This document shows positions 42,849 to 52,954 of a stretch of 64,000 nucleotides of DNA, piece after piece (position 1 is the stretch's first letter; each line of letters opens with the position of its first letter). The position numbers and the translations under genes were made by a program. Source of the stretch: a virus; IMG/VR virus record IMGVR_UViG_3300024581_003792, positions 63,006 to 127,005 of that record; one strand, 5' to 3'. The notes under the pieces were generated by a model, which was not told the DNA's origin, searched no databases, and worked only from the letters and a program-made list of their open reading frames with translations.

Positions 42849-45323
42849 ATGGACATAAAAGTTAAGAAAAGAAATGGTCGCCTAGAAAACTTCGAAGTAG
42901 ATAAAATCAACGCAAGCGCCCAAAGAGCATGCGAAGAAATAGAGGACGTTTCAGCGAGTGAAATAGTTCTCGACGCCCAACTTCAACTATTCGATAAAAT
43001 CACCACAAAAGAGATAGATCAAGCTCTTATTTTATCTGCCCGAGAAAAGATAGAAAAAGAACCGAACTATTCTTTCGCTGCAGCTAGACTGTTATTGAAT
43101 TGTCTCTACAAAGAGGTATTCAAGGAAGGCGTTGACTCTGACGCATTCAGACTACAATACAGGAAAAGCTTTATACAAAATATCAAAAAGCTAGTTAAAC
43201 AAAATAGAATAGATAAAAGACTGTTAGATTTTGATTTAAATAAATTATCAGAAGCAATAAAAATCAGGAGAGATAAAGATTTTAAATATTTAGGTATACA
43301 AATATTATTTGACAGGTATTTTATTAGGCTTGATGAAAAAATTATGGAAACCCCTCAAGCTTTTTGGATGCGTGTTGCAATGGGATTATCTATTAACGAA
43401 GAAAACAAAGAAGAAAAAGCCATAGAGTTCTACAATCTCTTTAGTCAGTTCTTATACACCCCCTCTACCCCTACCCTTTTTAACAGTGGAACTACTCACT
43501 CACAGCTTAGTTCTTGCTACCTTAATACTTTTGATGATAGTATTGACGGTATTTTTGACGGTGCTTGGCAAGAAGCTCGAAAATCAAAGTACGCCGGTGG
43601 TCTTGGCCTTGATGTTACCCCTTTTCGCTCTACAGGTTCTCATATTCAGGGAACTAACGGCATTTCTAGCGGCTTGGTGCCTTGGCTTAAAATATACAAC
43701 GATTTGCTGGTAGCAGTCAATCAGGGCGGAAAGAGGCCGGGTGCAGGATGCGCTTACTTAGAGCCTTGGCATTTAGATTTTGAAGATTTCCTAAACTTAC
43801 GCAGAAATACGGGAGACGATAGATTACGCTGTCATGATATGAATACAGCCGCTTGGATTCCTGACGAGTTTATGCGTCGCGTTAAGAACGAAGATGTCTG
43901 GTACTTTTTTGATCCAAAAGATACTGAAAATGAAGATGGAAAAAATCTTCATGATCTTTTTGGTAAAGATTTTGACGACCACTATAATAAAATGTGTGAT
44001 GCGGCGGAAGAAGGCTTAATCAAGAACTATAGGATAATACCTGCTAAAGAATTATGGAAAAAGATGCTGAAAGTATTATTCGAAACCTCTCACCCTTGGA
44101 ACACATTCAAAGATCCTTGCAACATAAGGTACACAAATCAACATGAAGGTACTGTTCATAGCTCTAACCTTTGTACTGAAATTACACTTCATACCAAAGC
44201 TTCTAAGTACGAAGAAGGAGAAAAAACAGAAATCGGAGAAACAGCGGTATGTAATTTAGGTTCAATTAATTTATTTAATCATTTAATTCAAAAGCAAGCC
44301 CACGAAGATTCAGGATGGGTTATTGATTATGACAAATTAAAATCTACTATTCATACAGCTATAAGAATACTCGACAATGTAATAGATATAAATTTTTACC
44401 CAACTAAAGAGGCTGCTAATTCAAATCTGCGCAACAGACCTATTGGCTTAGGCATGATGGGCACACATGATGTTTGTCACAAATTAAATATAAATATAGA
44501 TAGCGAAGAAGCGGTTAAATTTAGCAACAATTTGTTTGAGTTTTACTCTCATCATGCTATTTACGCAAGTTCTATACTGGCTAAAGAAAAAGGAAAATAC
44601 GAAACCTATGAAGGTTCTTTATGGAGTCAAAATATATTACCTATCGATTCTTACAATAATCTAATTTCATACCGAGACAAAACAAAACAATCCCCTACGG
44701 GTAAAGGTGAGTCATTGGAATCTTGGAGTAAAGTTCGGGAGCACATCAAAGAGTTTGGGATGAGAAACTCCAATGTTATGGCTATTGCTCCTACCGCAAC
44801 CATTGGTTACATTAACGGAGTAGAGCAAAGTATTGAGCCAAACTTTTCAGTGCTATTTGTTTACGAAAATAAAAGTGGAAACTTTTACATAACAAATCAA
44901 CATTTCGTAAATGACATGAAAGAAAGAGGATTATGGTCTTCAGAAATTGCAGCAATGGTTAAAGGTGCAGACGGAGATCTTTCTTTATTAAACGGAGCTA
45001 TACCAGAAGATTTAAAAGAAAAGTATTGCACCGCTTTTGACAGAGATATGTTAAAACTTGTTGATTGTAATGCGGCTAGGCAAAAATGGGTTGACCAAGC
45101 AATAAGCTTCAACCTATACAATAAAACGACATCTCTGAAATATTTAAATGATATTTATATATCTTGCTGGAAAGCTGGACTAAAAACTACTTATTACCTA
45201 AGAAATAGAGCGGCCAGTAAAATTGAGAAATCCACAGGGTCAGAAGCTTCAGAAACCTCAGAGCAGTCAGCCTGCAGCATAGAGGCAATGAAAAATGGGG
45301 AAACCTGCGAAAGTTGTCAGTAA
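42849..45323 (+). CDS. nrdA: Class I ribonucleotide reductase alpha subunit with ATP cone
   Basis: VKKRNG ATP cone, PSTPTLFN, LSSC, SNLCTEI, VCNLGS, APTAT, KTTYY, C-terminal CESCQ. Confidence 0.98.
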   Translation: MDIKVKKRNGRLENFEVDKINASAQRACEEIEDVSASEIVLDAQLQLFDKITTKEIDQALILSAREKIEKEPNYSFAAARLLLNCLYKEVFKEGVDSDAFRLQYRKSFIQNIKKLVKQNRIDKRLLDFDLNKLSEAIKIRRDKDFKYLGIQILFDRYFIRLDEKIMETPQAFWMRVAMGLSINEENKEEKAIEFYNLFSQFLYTPSTPTLFNSGTTHSQLSSCYLNTFDDSIDGIFDGAWQEARKSKYAGGLGLDVTPFRSTGSHIQGTNGISSGLVPWLKIYNDLLVAVNQGGKRPGAGCAYLEPWHLDFEDFLNLRRNTGDDRLRCHDMNTAAWIPDEFMRRVKNEDVWYFFDPKDTENEDGKNLHDLFGKDFDDHYNKMCDAAEEGLIKNYRIIPAKELWKKMLKVLFETSHPWNTFKDPCNIRYTNQHEGTVHSSNLCTEITLHTKASKYEEGEKTEIGETAVCNLGSINLFNHLIQKQAHEDSGWVIDYDKLKSTIHTAIRILDNVIDINFYPTKEAANSNLRNRPIGLGMMGTHDVCHKLNINIDSEEAVKFSNNLFEFYSHHAIYASSILAKEKGKYETYEGSLWSQNILPIDSYNNLISYRDKTKQSPTGKGESLESWSKVREHIKEFGMRNSNVMAIAPTATIGYINGVEQSIEPNFSVLFVYENKSGNFYITNQHFVNDMKERGLWSSEIAAMVKGADGDLSLLNGAIPEDLKEKYCTAFDRDMLKLVDCNAARQKWVDQAISFNLYNKTTSLKYLNDIYISCWKAGLKTTYYLRNRAASKIEKSTGSEASETSEQSACSIEAMKNGETCESCQ

Positions 45324-45726
45324 ATATTCGGCGGGAGTAGCTATACTCTATGGCTCGTCCATCTTGTTAGCAAAAAGATGTGAGTTCTGCAATATTACAG
45401 GCAAAAAAGTATCATTCCCCGGCTACTGGTCTATATTTGCAGGAGCGATGGATGAAGGAGAATCAAGTAAGGAATGTGCGTCTAGAGAATTATTTGAAGA
45501 AACTCAGATTAGCATAGATCCTAATGATCTTGAGTTTATCTCTACAAAGAAAAACGCTCACGGCGTACTAGACATTTACTCTTTTAATGCAGATACATTA
45601 CTTGTACCTAAATTAAACTTTGAACATACCCAATTTGGTTGGTTTAATATAAATGAACTAGATTCTTTCAGTGACAAAATAGACCTAGAATTAATGCAGT
45701 TAATAATAGACCACAAATATAAATAA
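45295..45726 (+). CDS. Nudix hydrolase
   Basis: G.MDEGES..ECA.RELFEET Nudix box; start position uncertain. Confidence 0.88.
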   Translation: MGKPAKVVSKYSAGVAILYGSSILLAKRCEFCNITGKKVSFPGYWSIFAGAMDEGESSKECASRELFEETQISIDPNDLEFISTKKNAHGVLDIYSFNADTLLVPKLNFEHTQFGWFNINELDSFSDKIDLELMQLIIDHKYK

Positions 45727-45748
45727 TTTTTTTGTGTAATCTATAGGC

Positions 45749-46063
45749 GTGAACCTCATTATAGAAGCGCCTCTCTGCGAACCGCCAAGCGAAATTTCTT
45801 CGTTTAGAGATATTACGCTTTACGGCAAAACATTTGTCTTCGAGGATATAGTTCTTCTTTGTCAAAAAGGTACTCGTTCTTTTTATTGGAAATGGCTTAA
45901 GAAACATGGCGCACATGATTTTGTTTCTTATTTAGCCTCAGATCATGAAACAATAGAGGGAATATTAATGCATAGCGAGAGAGGAGACTTCGTTATAGAT
46001 AGAATCAATACAGTAAACCTAAACAAAATAATATGTTTTTTTCAAAATTTAAGATTAATATGA
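45749..46063 (+). CDS. Hypothetical protein
   Basis: GTG start after the GTGTAA motif; ATGA coupling to the next gene. Confidence 0.6.
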   Translation: MNLIIEAPLCEPPSEISSFRDITLYGKTFVFEDIVLLCQKGTRSFYWKWLKKHGAHDFVSYLASDHETIEGILMHSERGDFVIDRINTVNLNKIICFFQNLRLI

Positions 46064-46335
46064 AAACTAGAACTTTAATTACCCTTGTTTTATGCTTATT
46101 TGTTGGTAATTGCGCCACACAAAAGAATGTACGTCAATCTTCTTACCATGGTCTATCTGCAGCGGCAAAGCCAAACCCAACAGCACAACTCTCAACGCCT
46201 CAATCAAGTATTGAAATAAACACAGAAGCTCCACTTAATGCGATAAGTTGGATAATTGGCGGAATATTTGTATTCTGTTTATTTAATGGGGCTAGTATAT
46301 ATTTTTATTCTAGATATAAAAAAAATAAAAAGTGA
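46060..46335 (+). CDS. Small lipoprotein-like protein with C-terminal TM helix
   Basis: MKTRTLITLVLCLFVGNC signal/lipobox-like segment; C-terminal hydrophobic helix then KKNKK. Confidence 0.6.
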   Translation: MKTRTLITLVLCLFVGNCATQKNVRQSSYHGLSAAAKPNPTAQLSTPQSSIEINTEAPLNAISWIIGGIFVFCLFNGASIYFYSRYKKNKK

Positions 46336-46337
46336 TC

Positions 46338-46366
46338 TTGACATAAGTTTGATTTCGTAGTATTAT
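46338..46366 (+). promoter_or_regulatory. sigma70 promoter TTGACA-N17-TATTAT, 6 nt before the nrdB ATG (leaderless)
   Basis: Read directly. Confidence 0.8.
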
Positions 46367-46372
46367 ATCACT

Positions 46373-47386
46373 ATGTCAGATAAAAATGGTCAACTTCTAT
46401 CTCAAAATATCGCCGGTGTAAATCGAATCTTACCTCATAAGCACAAGTATGCATGGGATTTATTCCTCAAAAGTTGCGCAAACAATTGGATGCCTACAGA
46501 GATTTCTATGCAAAACGATATTAATCAATGGAAAAATAATGAAATCACAGAAGATGAAAAACTCCTTGTTAAGCGGTGTTTGGGCTTTTTTGCTGGAAGC
46601 GAGTCTTTGGTTGGCAATAACCTCCTTCTTTCTGCTTTTAGATATATTACTGACGCTGAATGCCGTCAGTACATTTTGCGCCAAGCATTTGAAGAAAGCC
46701 TTCACAATCTTACGATAGTTTATGTGTGTGATAGTTTAGACTTGGATATTGATGAAGTCTTTACTGCTTACGAAACTATCCCAAGCATTAAAGCTAAAGA
46801 CGACTTTCTGATGAGTATTACTGATGATCTTAGTCGTCAAGATTTTGATTCAACAACTACACAAGGTAAGCAAGAAATACTAAGAAATTTCTTAACCTAC
46901 TGGATTGTTTGCGAAGGCACATTCTTTTTTAGCGGCTTTGCAATGTTGCTTGCTTTAGGAAGACAGAATAAACTTCAAGGAATCTCCGATCAAATTAAAT
47001 ATACATTAAGGGACGAAAGTTCCCATATTGCTTTTGGAACATACCTAATCAATACATTGATCGAGCAAAATCCAGAAATTTGGACTGAAGAAATTCAAAA
47101 CGAGTTTATAGAGCACATGAAAAAGGCTGTTGAACTAGAAATAGCCTACGCTAAAGATGTACTGCCGACGGGTATTTTAGGCCTAAACTCAGAAATGTTT
47201 GTTGACTATATGTATTATATTGGTAATAGAAGACTCGAAGCTATAGGCTTAGATTACAGATTCCCTAGTGACAAAAACCCATTTCCTTGGTTAGGAGAAG
47301 TTGTTGATGTTCAGGCTATGGGTAATTTCTTTGAAAGAAGAGTAAGAGAATACCAGCAGAGCGGTTCCCTAGAAGACGATTTTTGA
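46373..47386 (+). CDS. nrdB: Ribonucleotide reductase beta subunit, class Ic-like
   Basis: GFFAGSESLVGNN, EESLHNLTI, EGTFFFSGF, RDESSH, NFFERRV.EY. Confidence 0.95.
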   Translation: MSDKNGQLLSQNIAGVNRILPHKHKYAWDLFLKSCANNWMPTEISMQNDINQWKNNEITEDEKLLVKRCLGFFAGSESLVGNNLLLSAFRYITDAECRQYILRQAFEESLHNLTIVYVCDSLDLDIDEVFTAYETIPSIKAKDDFLMSITDDLSRQDFDSTTTQGKQEILRNFLTYWIVCEGTFFFSGFAMLLALGRQNKLQGISDQIKYTLRDESSHIAFGTYLINTLIEQNPEIWTEEIQNEFIEHMKKAVELEIAYAKDVLPTGILGLNSEMFVDYMYYIGNRRLEAIGLDYRFPSDKNPFPWLGEVVDVQAMGNFFERRVREYQQSGSLEDDF

Positions 47387-47423
47387 TATAAATCTCGATG
47401 GTTCATTATTATAATGAATTGTT

Positions 47424-47957
47424 TTGGATAATTATAAAAATACTTTAATAAGAAAATTAAAAGCTGAATGCTCAGAGGTAAACAAAGAACTTTCTGAGGT
47501 TGAAGTCTTATTTAATCAAGCTGTTCCTCTTTTTTGCGCTGCTGTTAATAAGTATTGCGACATAAATTCCTGTAAAAATCCACTAGAAGATTTACCTGAA
47601 GACAAAGAAGACGAACGAAAGAATGTAACGCCAAAGCTTAAATCTGTCTACAGAAAAATCGCAGTTAAGACTCACCCAGATAAACTATCAAGCTCAGAAG
47701 AGGGTCTGGATCTATACCAAGACGCAACAAATGCAAAAAAAAATAATCAAGTTGACAAGATTATTAGTATTGCAAAAGATCTAAAAATAGACATCTACGA
47801 CTTCTCATATCAAGATATTAAGTCAATCGAAGAGTCAATAAAACACACTCAATCTAAAATTGAAAAAATAAGGGTAAGTTACCCTTGGGTTTGGTTTTTC
47901 TCCACAGTTAAAAAAAGAGAAGATATTATATCTAGGTTCGTCCTTAATAAAGTGTAA
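47424..47957 (+). CDS. J-domain (DnaJ-like) protein
   Basis: LKSVYRKIAVKTHPDK; start position uncertain (TTG). Confidence 0.75.
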   Translation: MDNYKNTLIRKLKAECSEVNKELSEVEVLFNQAVPLFCAAVNKYCDINSCKNPLEDLPEDKEDERKNVTPKLKSVYRKIAVKTHPDKLSSSEEGLDLYQDATNAKKNNQVDKIISIAKDLKIDIYDFSYQDIKSIEESIKHTQSKIEKIRVSYPWVWFFSTVKKREDIISRFVLNKV

Positions 47958-48075
47958 TACATAATTTATGGACTATAGCCTTATAATTTGTAGATTTTTT
48001 AATATTTTGTTTAAATTTATTTATAAATTAAGGAGTTTATGGTAAAAAATGTAATCATCGGTATTAAGGAAATCA

Positions 48076-48183
48076 ATGGCTCGGCTAATTATAAAGAAGA
48101 CTGCTACTTTAGTTCTAAAGAAGCTTTCTCGAATTATTGTAAAAGAAGCTGAGCCAGAAGCTCCTCCTCCTCCGCCTACTTAA
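48076..48183 (+). CDS. 35-aa basic peptide with polyproline tail (not in the ORF track)
   Basis: MARLIIKKTATLVLKKLSRIIVKEAEPEAPPPPPT; AAGGA upstream; TAATG coupling to 48183. Confidence 0.5.
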   Translation: MARLIIKKTATLVLKKLSRIIVKEAEPEAPPPPPT

Positions 48184-48827
48184 TGATGATCAATTTAATC
48201 AAAAAAACCTGTAAAAATATAAAAAATGTGTACGAACTTAATAGCCTCCGAGTTCTAGAATATCTTGAAAGGGAAATAAGATATGAAGACTCTTTGCGCT
48301 ATTATACAGATCAAATAAAAACAAACAAATTAACAATGGAATACGAAGCATACGATTTTAATAACCAAATCCATAGCTTGAGCTCCATGCCAGAGCCGGC
48401 TATTGAAGAAATTATAAGAATAAATAAAAAGATCACAGAACACACTTGGGGCGTTATACTAGAATCAGATAAAGTGACCGATCTAAATGTATACGTTGGT
48501 CAAATGAATAAAGTTCAAATCAATGCAAGACAAGCTAATTTTTATGTGGTTACAGATTCTGAGGATTTACTTCTTCGCCTGCATAATATTTTCAACTGGA
48601 TGAATAAAGTTTTTTATATTGTACCGAATACATACAATAGTAATATAGAAGAAGAATACAGAGCAAGTATTAATTTTCATTGCCTGAAACATTTAGACAA
48701 ACATATCTCTACCCCAAACTCTACATATATGAATATGCTTAAGCAAATTGGCGGCAAACAGGTTACAGTCCCAAACCCTAATAGAGTATTTTGTTTTAAC
48801 TCCAAAAGATTGGTGCCAGAAGCATGA
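48183..48827 (+). CDS. Divergent fucosyltransferase-like (GT-B C-lobe) protein
   Basis: FYVVTDS...INFHCL......ISTPNSTY resembles the FucT motif II/III region. Confidence 0.4.
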   Translation: MMINLIKKTCKNIKNVYELNSLRVLEYLEREIRYEDSLRYYTDQIKTNKLTMEYEAYDFNNQIHSLSSMPEPAIEEIIRINKKITEHTWGVILESDKVTDLNVYVGQMNKVQINARQANFYVVTDSEDLLLRLHNIFNWMNKVFYIVPNTYNSNIEEEYRASINFHCLKHLDKHISTPNSTYMNMLKQIGGKQVTVPNPNRVFCFNSKRLVPEA

Positions 48828-49753
48828 AAAGAATATCATACATAGTTTGCTCTCGTAATGATAATTATAACGGCGATTCTGTGGGCAGATGCGTCAACAC
48901 AGTAAATCATGCTTGCGAAATTATCAAAAAAAATAACGTCGAAGATCAATCCGAAGTGGTGCTTGTTGACTGGTGTTCAAGAAATACTCCAATGAAAGAC
49001 GCCATCACTAGCAGACTGGCTCCAGAAACTCAAGGCTTGCTTAAAATTGTCACTGTTCCGCCTGATATAGCAGACAAGCACCAAGGCGACTCACCATTCT
49101 CTGAGGTTCATGCCATGAATGTAGGGTTTCGCCAGATGGAAGGTAAGCATTTTGCTCGTATCGATCAAGATACATTGATAGGCCAGCGTTTTATGGATTG
49201 GTTTTATCATGAGTTTGAAGTTAAAGATTATGGTTGGCCGTGGCCCCGTGCATCTTTTTGCAGCCGCCGAAATCTAGATGAATCACAATCTCATCATTCT
49301 GTTTTTCGTGATTTTATATATGACCAACAACTTTCTTATAAGGTTGAGATTTGTCATGAGCACAATCATTACAGTCGATTGATGCCCAATAAGCAAATTT
49401 TTCCTTTTTATGGTGGCGCTGTCGGAGTCATGATGGTAGAGCGTGAATGTTACTTAGAGCACAAAGGTTTCAATGAACAGCTTGTGTATATGAATAGTAT
49501 GGACACTGAGTTTATGAATAGAATCGCCGCAAAAGAAGATATCTACAATCTCTGCTTGGCGATTGACGCAGATTTCTATCATCAATTTCATGGTCGTGAT
49601 GATGGTGCGTCGAATGATACTACCCAGCCGCATGCGCAACAAGAAGGCGCCAGGAAAACTAATTCTTTAGATGTTAGAAACAAGTTGCTAGACAACCCCA
49701 ACTCAGATAACTGGGGCTTGCTTGACGAAGATTTGGAGGTTACAGCTTTATGA
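48824..49753 (+). CDS. GT-A glycosyltransferase
   Basis: SRNDNY.G, VVLVDW, AMNVG, RIDQD, GFNE. Confidence 0.7.
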   Translation: MKRISYIVCSRNDNYNGDSVGRCVNTVNHACEIIKKNNVEDQSEVVLVDWCSRNTPMKDAITSRLAPETQGLLKIVTVPPDIADKHQGDSPFSEVHAMNVGFRQMEGKHFARIDQDTLIGQRFMDWFYHEFEVKDYGWPWPRASFCSRRNLDESQSHHSVFRDFIYDQQLSYKVEICHEHNHYSRLMPNKQIFPFYGGAVGVMMVERECYLEHKGFNEQLVYMNSMDTEFMNRIAAKEDIYNLCLAIDADFYHQFHGRDDGASNDTTQPHAQQEGARKTNSLDVRNKLLDNPNSDNWGLLDEDLEVTAL

Positions 49754-50601
49754 GTAACGTTATTTATGTAATTAATGATTTGCCAAAGGATACTGACTTT
49801 GCGAATCCTGGCTATAAAGATATGGCTTGGGTCCCTCATTGCCTTGGATCTATTGAAAAGTATGCAGAGAAAATTGGCTGCGATTTAAAGATTATATCAA
49901 TGTCAGATTTTCCTGGCTATCAAGATATACATCAATATACATTCAGCCATTACCAGAAAAGCACTTTTGTTAAAGTTTTGTTTTTACATGAGTTTTTAAA
50001 GACGGACTACGATAAATTCGCATTGCTTGATCTCGATATGGTGGTTAGTAAAACTGCCCCTGATATTTTTGAGTATCATAAAGATGATGAGTTCATGATG
50101 CAGTACGGGTTCAATGAAGCGGTAGTCAAGAAGAATGAAGTATTCTTAAAAGAATATTTAAAAGCTATTCCTGAAGATGAAGATGTTTATTGGTTTAATG
50201 AGAAAACTCAACGGAATATACCTAAGTATAATTTAAATCTTGGCTGCTACATTATGAGCCGCAAGATTGTATCCGAGATGGTTGAGGTATTACCAGACCA
50301 ATATTCTATCGTAGATTTCCTAAAAGAACATAACTTGATTGATAACCCAGTTTTAGAAATACTAGGAGAACGAAAAGATTTTATCGATCAAGATATGTAC
50401 GGTTATGCATATGCTAAAACAACTGTGACCGATCACCACAAGCCTCTTCAATGGGCGTGGAATGCAAATTATCAAGCTTGCTTTCAAAAAGGCGAAGACA
50501 ATAAAGATTTTTACTTGTGCCATCTTTGCGGTGAAGACGGAAAGCAGTTCTTATTGGACAATTTAGATAACCCCGAAGTTATGGAGAAAATCGATGTATA
50601 G
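49750..50601 (+). CDS. GT-A glycosyltransferase (GT34/GT8-like)
   Basis: KYAEKIGCD, DYDKFALLDLD, NLG, DQD. Confidence 0.7.
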   Translation: MSNVIYVINDLPKDTDFANPGYKDMAWVPHCLGSIEKYAEKIGCDLKIISMSDFPGYQDIHQYTFSHYQKSTFVKVLFLHEFLKTDYDKFALLDLDMVVSKTAPDIFEYHKDDEFMMQYGFNEAVVKKNEVFLKEYLKAIPEDEDVYWFNEKTQRNIPKYNLNLGCYIMSRKIVSEMVEVLPDQYSIVDFLKEHNLIDNPVLEILGERKDFIDQDMYGYAYAKTTVTDHHKPLQWAWNANYQACFQKGEDNKDFYLCHLCGEDGKQFLLDNLDNPEVMEKIDV

Positions 50602-51280
50602 TTATGAGCATAAGTTCATTTATGTACATATTCCAAAGTCTGGCGGTACATTTATCAAGCATTACCTTTTGTCAAATATAGAGCCTGGGTACGAAGAAAA
50701 TCAAAACCAGCAAGACTACGACGATAAATATAAAACTACATGCGAAAGGGCTATAGGGGGAATACTTCATGAGGTGCCTGATTACAAAAACTATTTTAAA
50801 TTTACTATAGTACGTAATCCTTTTGACCGTGTGGTTTCTATGTTTTCTTATCTTGGCGGCTGGAAGTATGATTATTTCGTAGAGAATAATATTGATTCGC
50901 CTAAAATGCCTTATGTACAAAAGTTTCATGAATTTTATATCAATAATGACTTCGACGGTTTTATTGATTATGCGTATGAGCAAAAAGCCATCAAAGAGTT
51001 TCATGCGGGATATTATGAAACTAATTTAAACAGAGTAACAGTTAGGGGCAGAGTAGAGATTGATAAGTTCTTCAAGGTAGAAGATATGCAAGAGTGCTTA
51101 TTTCAGTTACAGATGAAACTTGGCTTTGAAAGCCGCAAAGGATTTGACGACTGGCGGAAGAACAGTAGTGCAGAATACAAAAAGAAAAAAAGCTACAAAG
51201 ATTATTATTCAACATACAGCAAAGACTATATAGAAAAACACTTTGCAGAAGATTTAGTTTATTTTAATTATGGATTCTAA
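50594..51280 (+). CDS. Sulfotransferase family 2
   Basis: HIPKSGGT PAPS loop; VRNPFDRVVS. Confidence 0.9.
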   Translation: MYSYEHKFIYVHIPKSGGTFIKHYLLSNIEPGYEENQNQQDYDDKYKTTCERAIGGILHEVPDYKNYFKFTIVRNPFDRVVSMFSYLGGWKYDYFVENNIDSPKMPYVQKFHEFYINNDFDGFIDYAYEQKAIKEFHAGYYETNLNRVTVRGRVEIDKFFKVEDMQECLFQLQMKLGFESRKGFDDWRKNSSAEYKKKKSYKDYYSTYSKDYIEKHFAEDLVYFNYGF

Positions 51281-52070
51281 GTTTGTAGTTTTCGGCCAAG
51301 AAAGAGCGGGAACAACAAGTTTGATTTCTGCTCTTAATAAAAATGATCGTATTGTTCATGAGCCGCTATCTTCCTTGACTGGAGACCTTGAGCATAATTC
51401 AAGGTATACTGAAATCATAGAAGAACACGGAATGAACCCAGAATACTTACCAAAGTCAGATCATATACCGTATTTTAATAAGTTTAATAATATATCGGAA
51501 GATAAAGATAAGCTTTGGAATTTTTTAGATGATTTGTTTAAAACATTTGATGGAGTCAAGCATGTCTGGTGTACTGTTTCAGAAGCTGGTAATGAAAATT
51601 TTATATATTATTGTGCGGCGCACGGTATAAAAATTATATATCAATATAGAGAAAGTGCATTTTATCCTGCAGTTTCGTGGCAGCTAGCAAATCAAGTTCA
51701 AGTTTGGCAGCTGGGCGAACAAAAAGAGCACAAAGAAAAAGTTGACTCATTCGAATACCAAGAATTAGAAGAGGCGCCAATACAAAGAAGAATTAAATGG
51801 TATAAAAAATATTTACCACATTATCATGAACTACTTCCGCCTGATGCGTATATTTCTAAATACGAAGACCTTTACGGTCTAGAAACTTACGAACAAAGGC
51901 TTGCTCAATTTGATAATATGATTGCGTACCTTGATATAGAACTTGATTACAATAATGTTGAGAACTTTTTAAGTACAGGCAGAAGGGTATTTGGCAAAAA
52001 AGCATACGATAAGATACCTAATTATCAAGAAATGTTTGATAAATATGGGGACGAGAAGATTGCGTTATGA
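51270..52070 (+). CDS. Sulfotransferase (Stf0-like)
   Basis: GQERAGTT, HEP, YR....AVS, KYEDL. Confidence 0.75.
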   Translation: MDSKFVVFGQERAGTTSLISALNKNDRIVHEPLSSLTGDLEHNSRYTEIIEEHGMNPEYLPKSDHIPYFNKFNNISEDKDKLWNFLDDLFKTFDGVKHVWCTVSEAGNENFIYYCAAHGIKIIYQYRESAFYPAVSWQLANQVQVWQLGEQKEHKEKVDSFEYQELEEAPIQRRIKWYKKYLPHYHELLPPDAYISKYEDLYGLETYEQRLAQFDNMIAYLDIELDYNNVENFLSTGRRVFGKKAYDKIPNYQEMFDKYGDEKIAL

Positions 52071-52954
52071 ATGATTATTATTATTTTTCTCGCGACACTG
52101 GCTGGGGAGATACCCTGTGGCATCTTACGAACGCCTTAATGTATTGTGAGCAGAATAAAAAAAGTATACTTATTGATATGCGTGGGCATTGGGCTAGCAA
52201 GGGCGATAAAAATCTATTTAGTGAATATTTTCACCATATTGACACAGATATTGACGTTATAGTTAATGAAGAATACATAGACCAACTTAAAAAAGACGCC
52301 CAGCAACATTCTGAATCTATATTAGTAATAAAAAACCCACTAAAAGACAGAAAAGAATCTAAAAAATTTTATGATTCATTTGACCGCATAAATGTTCACG
52401 GTACGATAGCTAAAGAAATAGATGAGATTCGCGAGAAATACTTCGCCGGCAATTATGTAGTAGGTGTGCATGCGCGTACTTCCAATGGAGAGGTATTGCC
52501 GCCAAGAACTGGAAACTCAAATCGTTTTCAGGGAGAAAGAAATGCAATACAAACTATTTTTGATATCTATAAAGAAAAGATTAATCATACATTATTTGAC
52601 TCACCCCGAGCCTTTTTAAAAGCTTGCGATAATTATAAATTTTTTGTCGCTACAGATTCAAAGCAGTTTGTTGATTTGTTTGAAAAAGAATATGGCAACA
52701 CAATCGTAACCGAAAGATACTTTGCTCCTCCAGGATGCGGTACAGGTCATGAAAAAGGCGAGCAGTCCACAGATTTACAAATTAAAATGGAAGAAAAATA
52801 CGGACGCATAAACATAGCTAAAGAAGCATTAGTTGACTTTTATCTGTTACAGTATACAAATTTTCTATTTAAAAACTTTAGTAGATTCAATGAGTTTTGT
52901 TTGTATAAAGGTATACCAAATTTTCACATTAATTTTCAGGAGAAGTGTTATTGA
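52067..52954 (+). CDS. NodZ-like alpha-1,6-fucosyltransferase (GT23)
   Basis: TGWGD.L, IDMR, VGVHAR..NGE, FVATDS, EALVDFYLL. Confidence 0.75.
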   Translation: MNDYYYFSRDTGWGDTLWHLTNALMYCEQNKKSILIDMRGHWASKGDKNLFSEYFHHIDTDIDVIVNEEYIDQLKKDAQQHSESILVIKNPLKDRKESKKFYDSFDRINVHGTIAKEIDEIREKYFAGNYVVGVHARTSNGEVLPPRTGNSNRFQGERNAIQTIFDIYKEKINHTLFDSPRAFLKACDNYKFFVATDSKQFVDLFEKEYGNTIVTERYFAPPGCGTGHEKGEQSTDLQIKMEEKYGRINIAKEALVDFYLLQYTNFLFKNFSRFNEFCLYKGIPNFHINFQEKCY

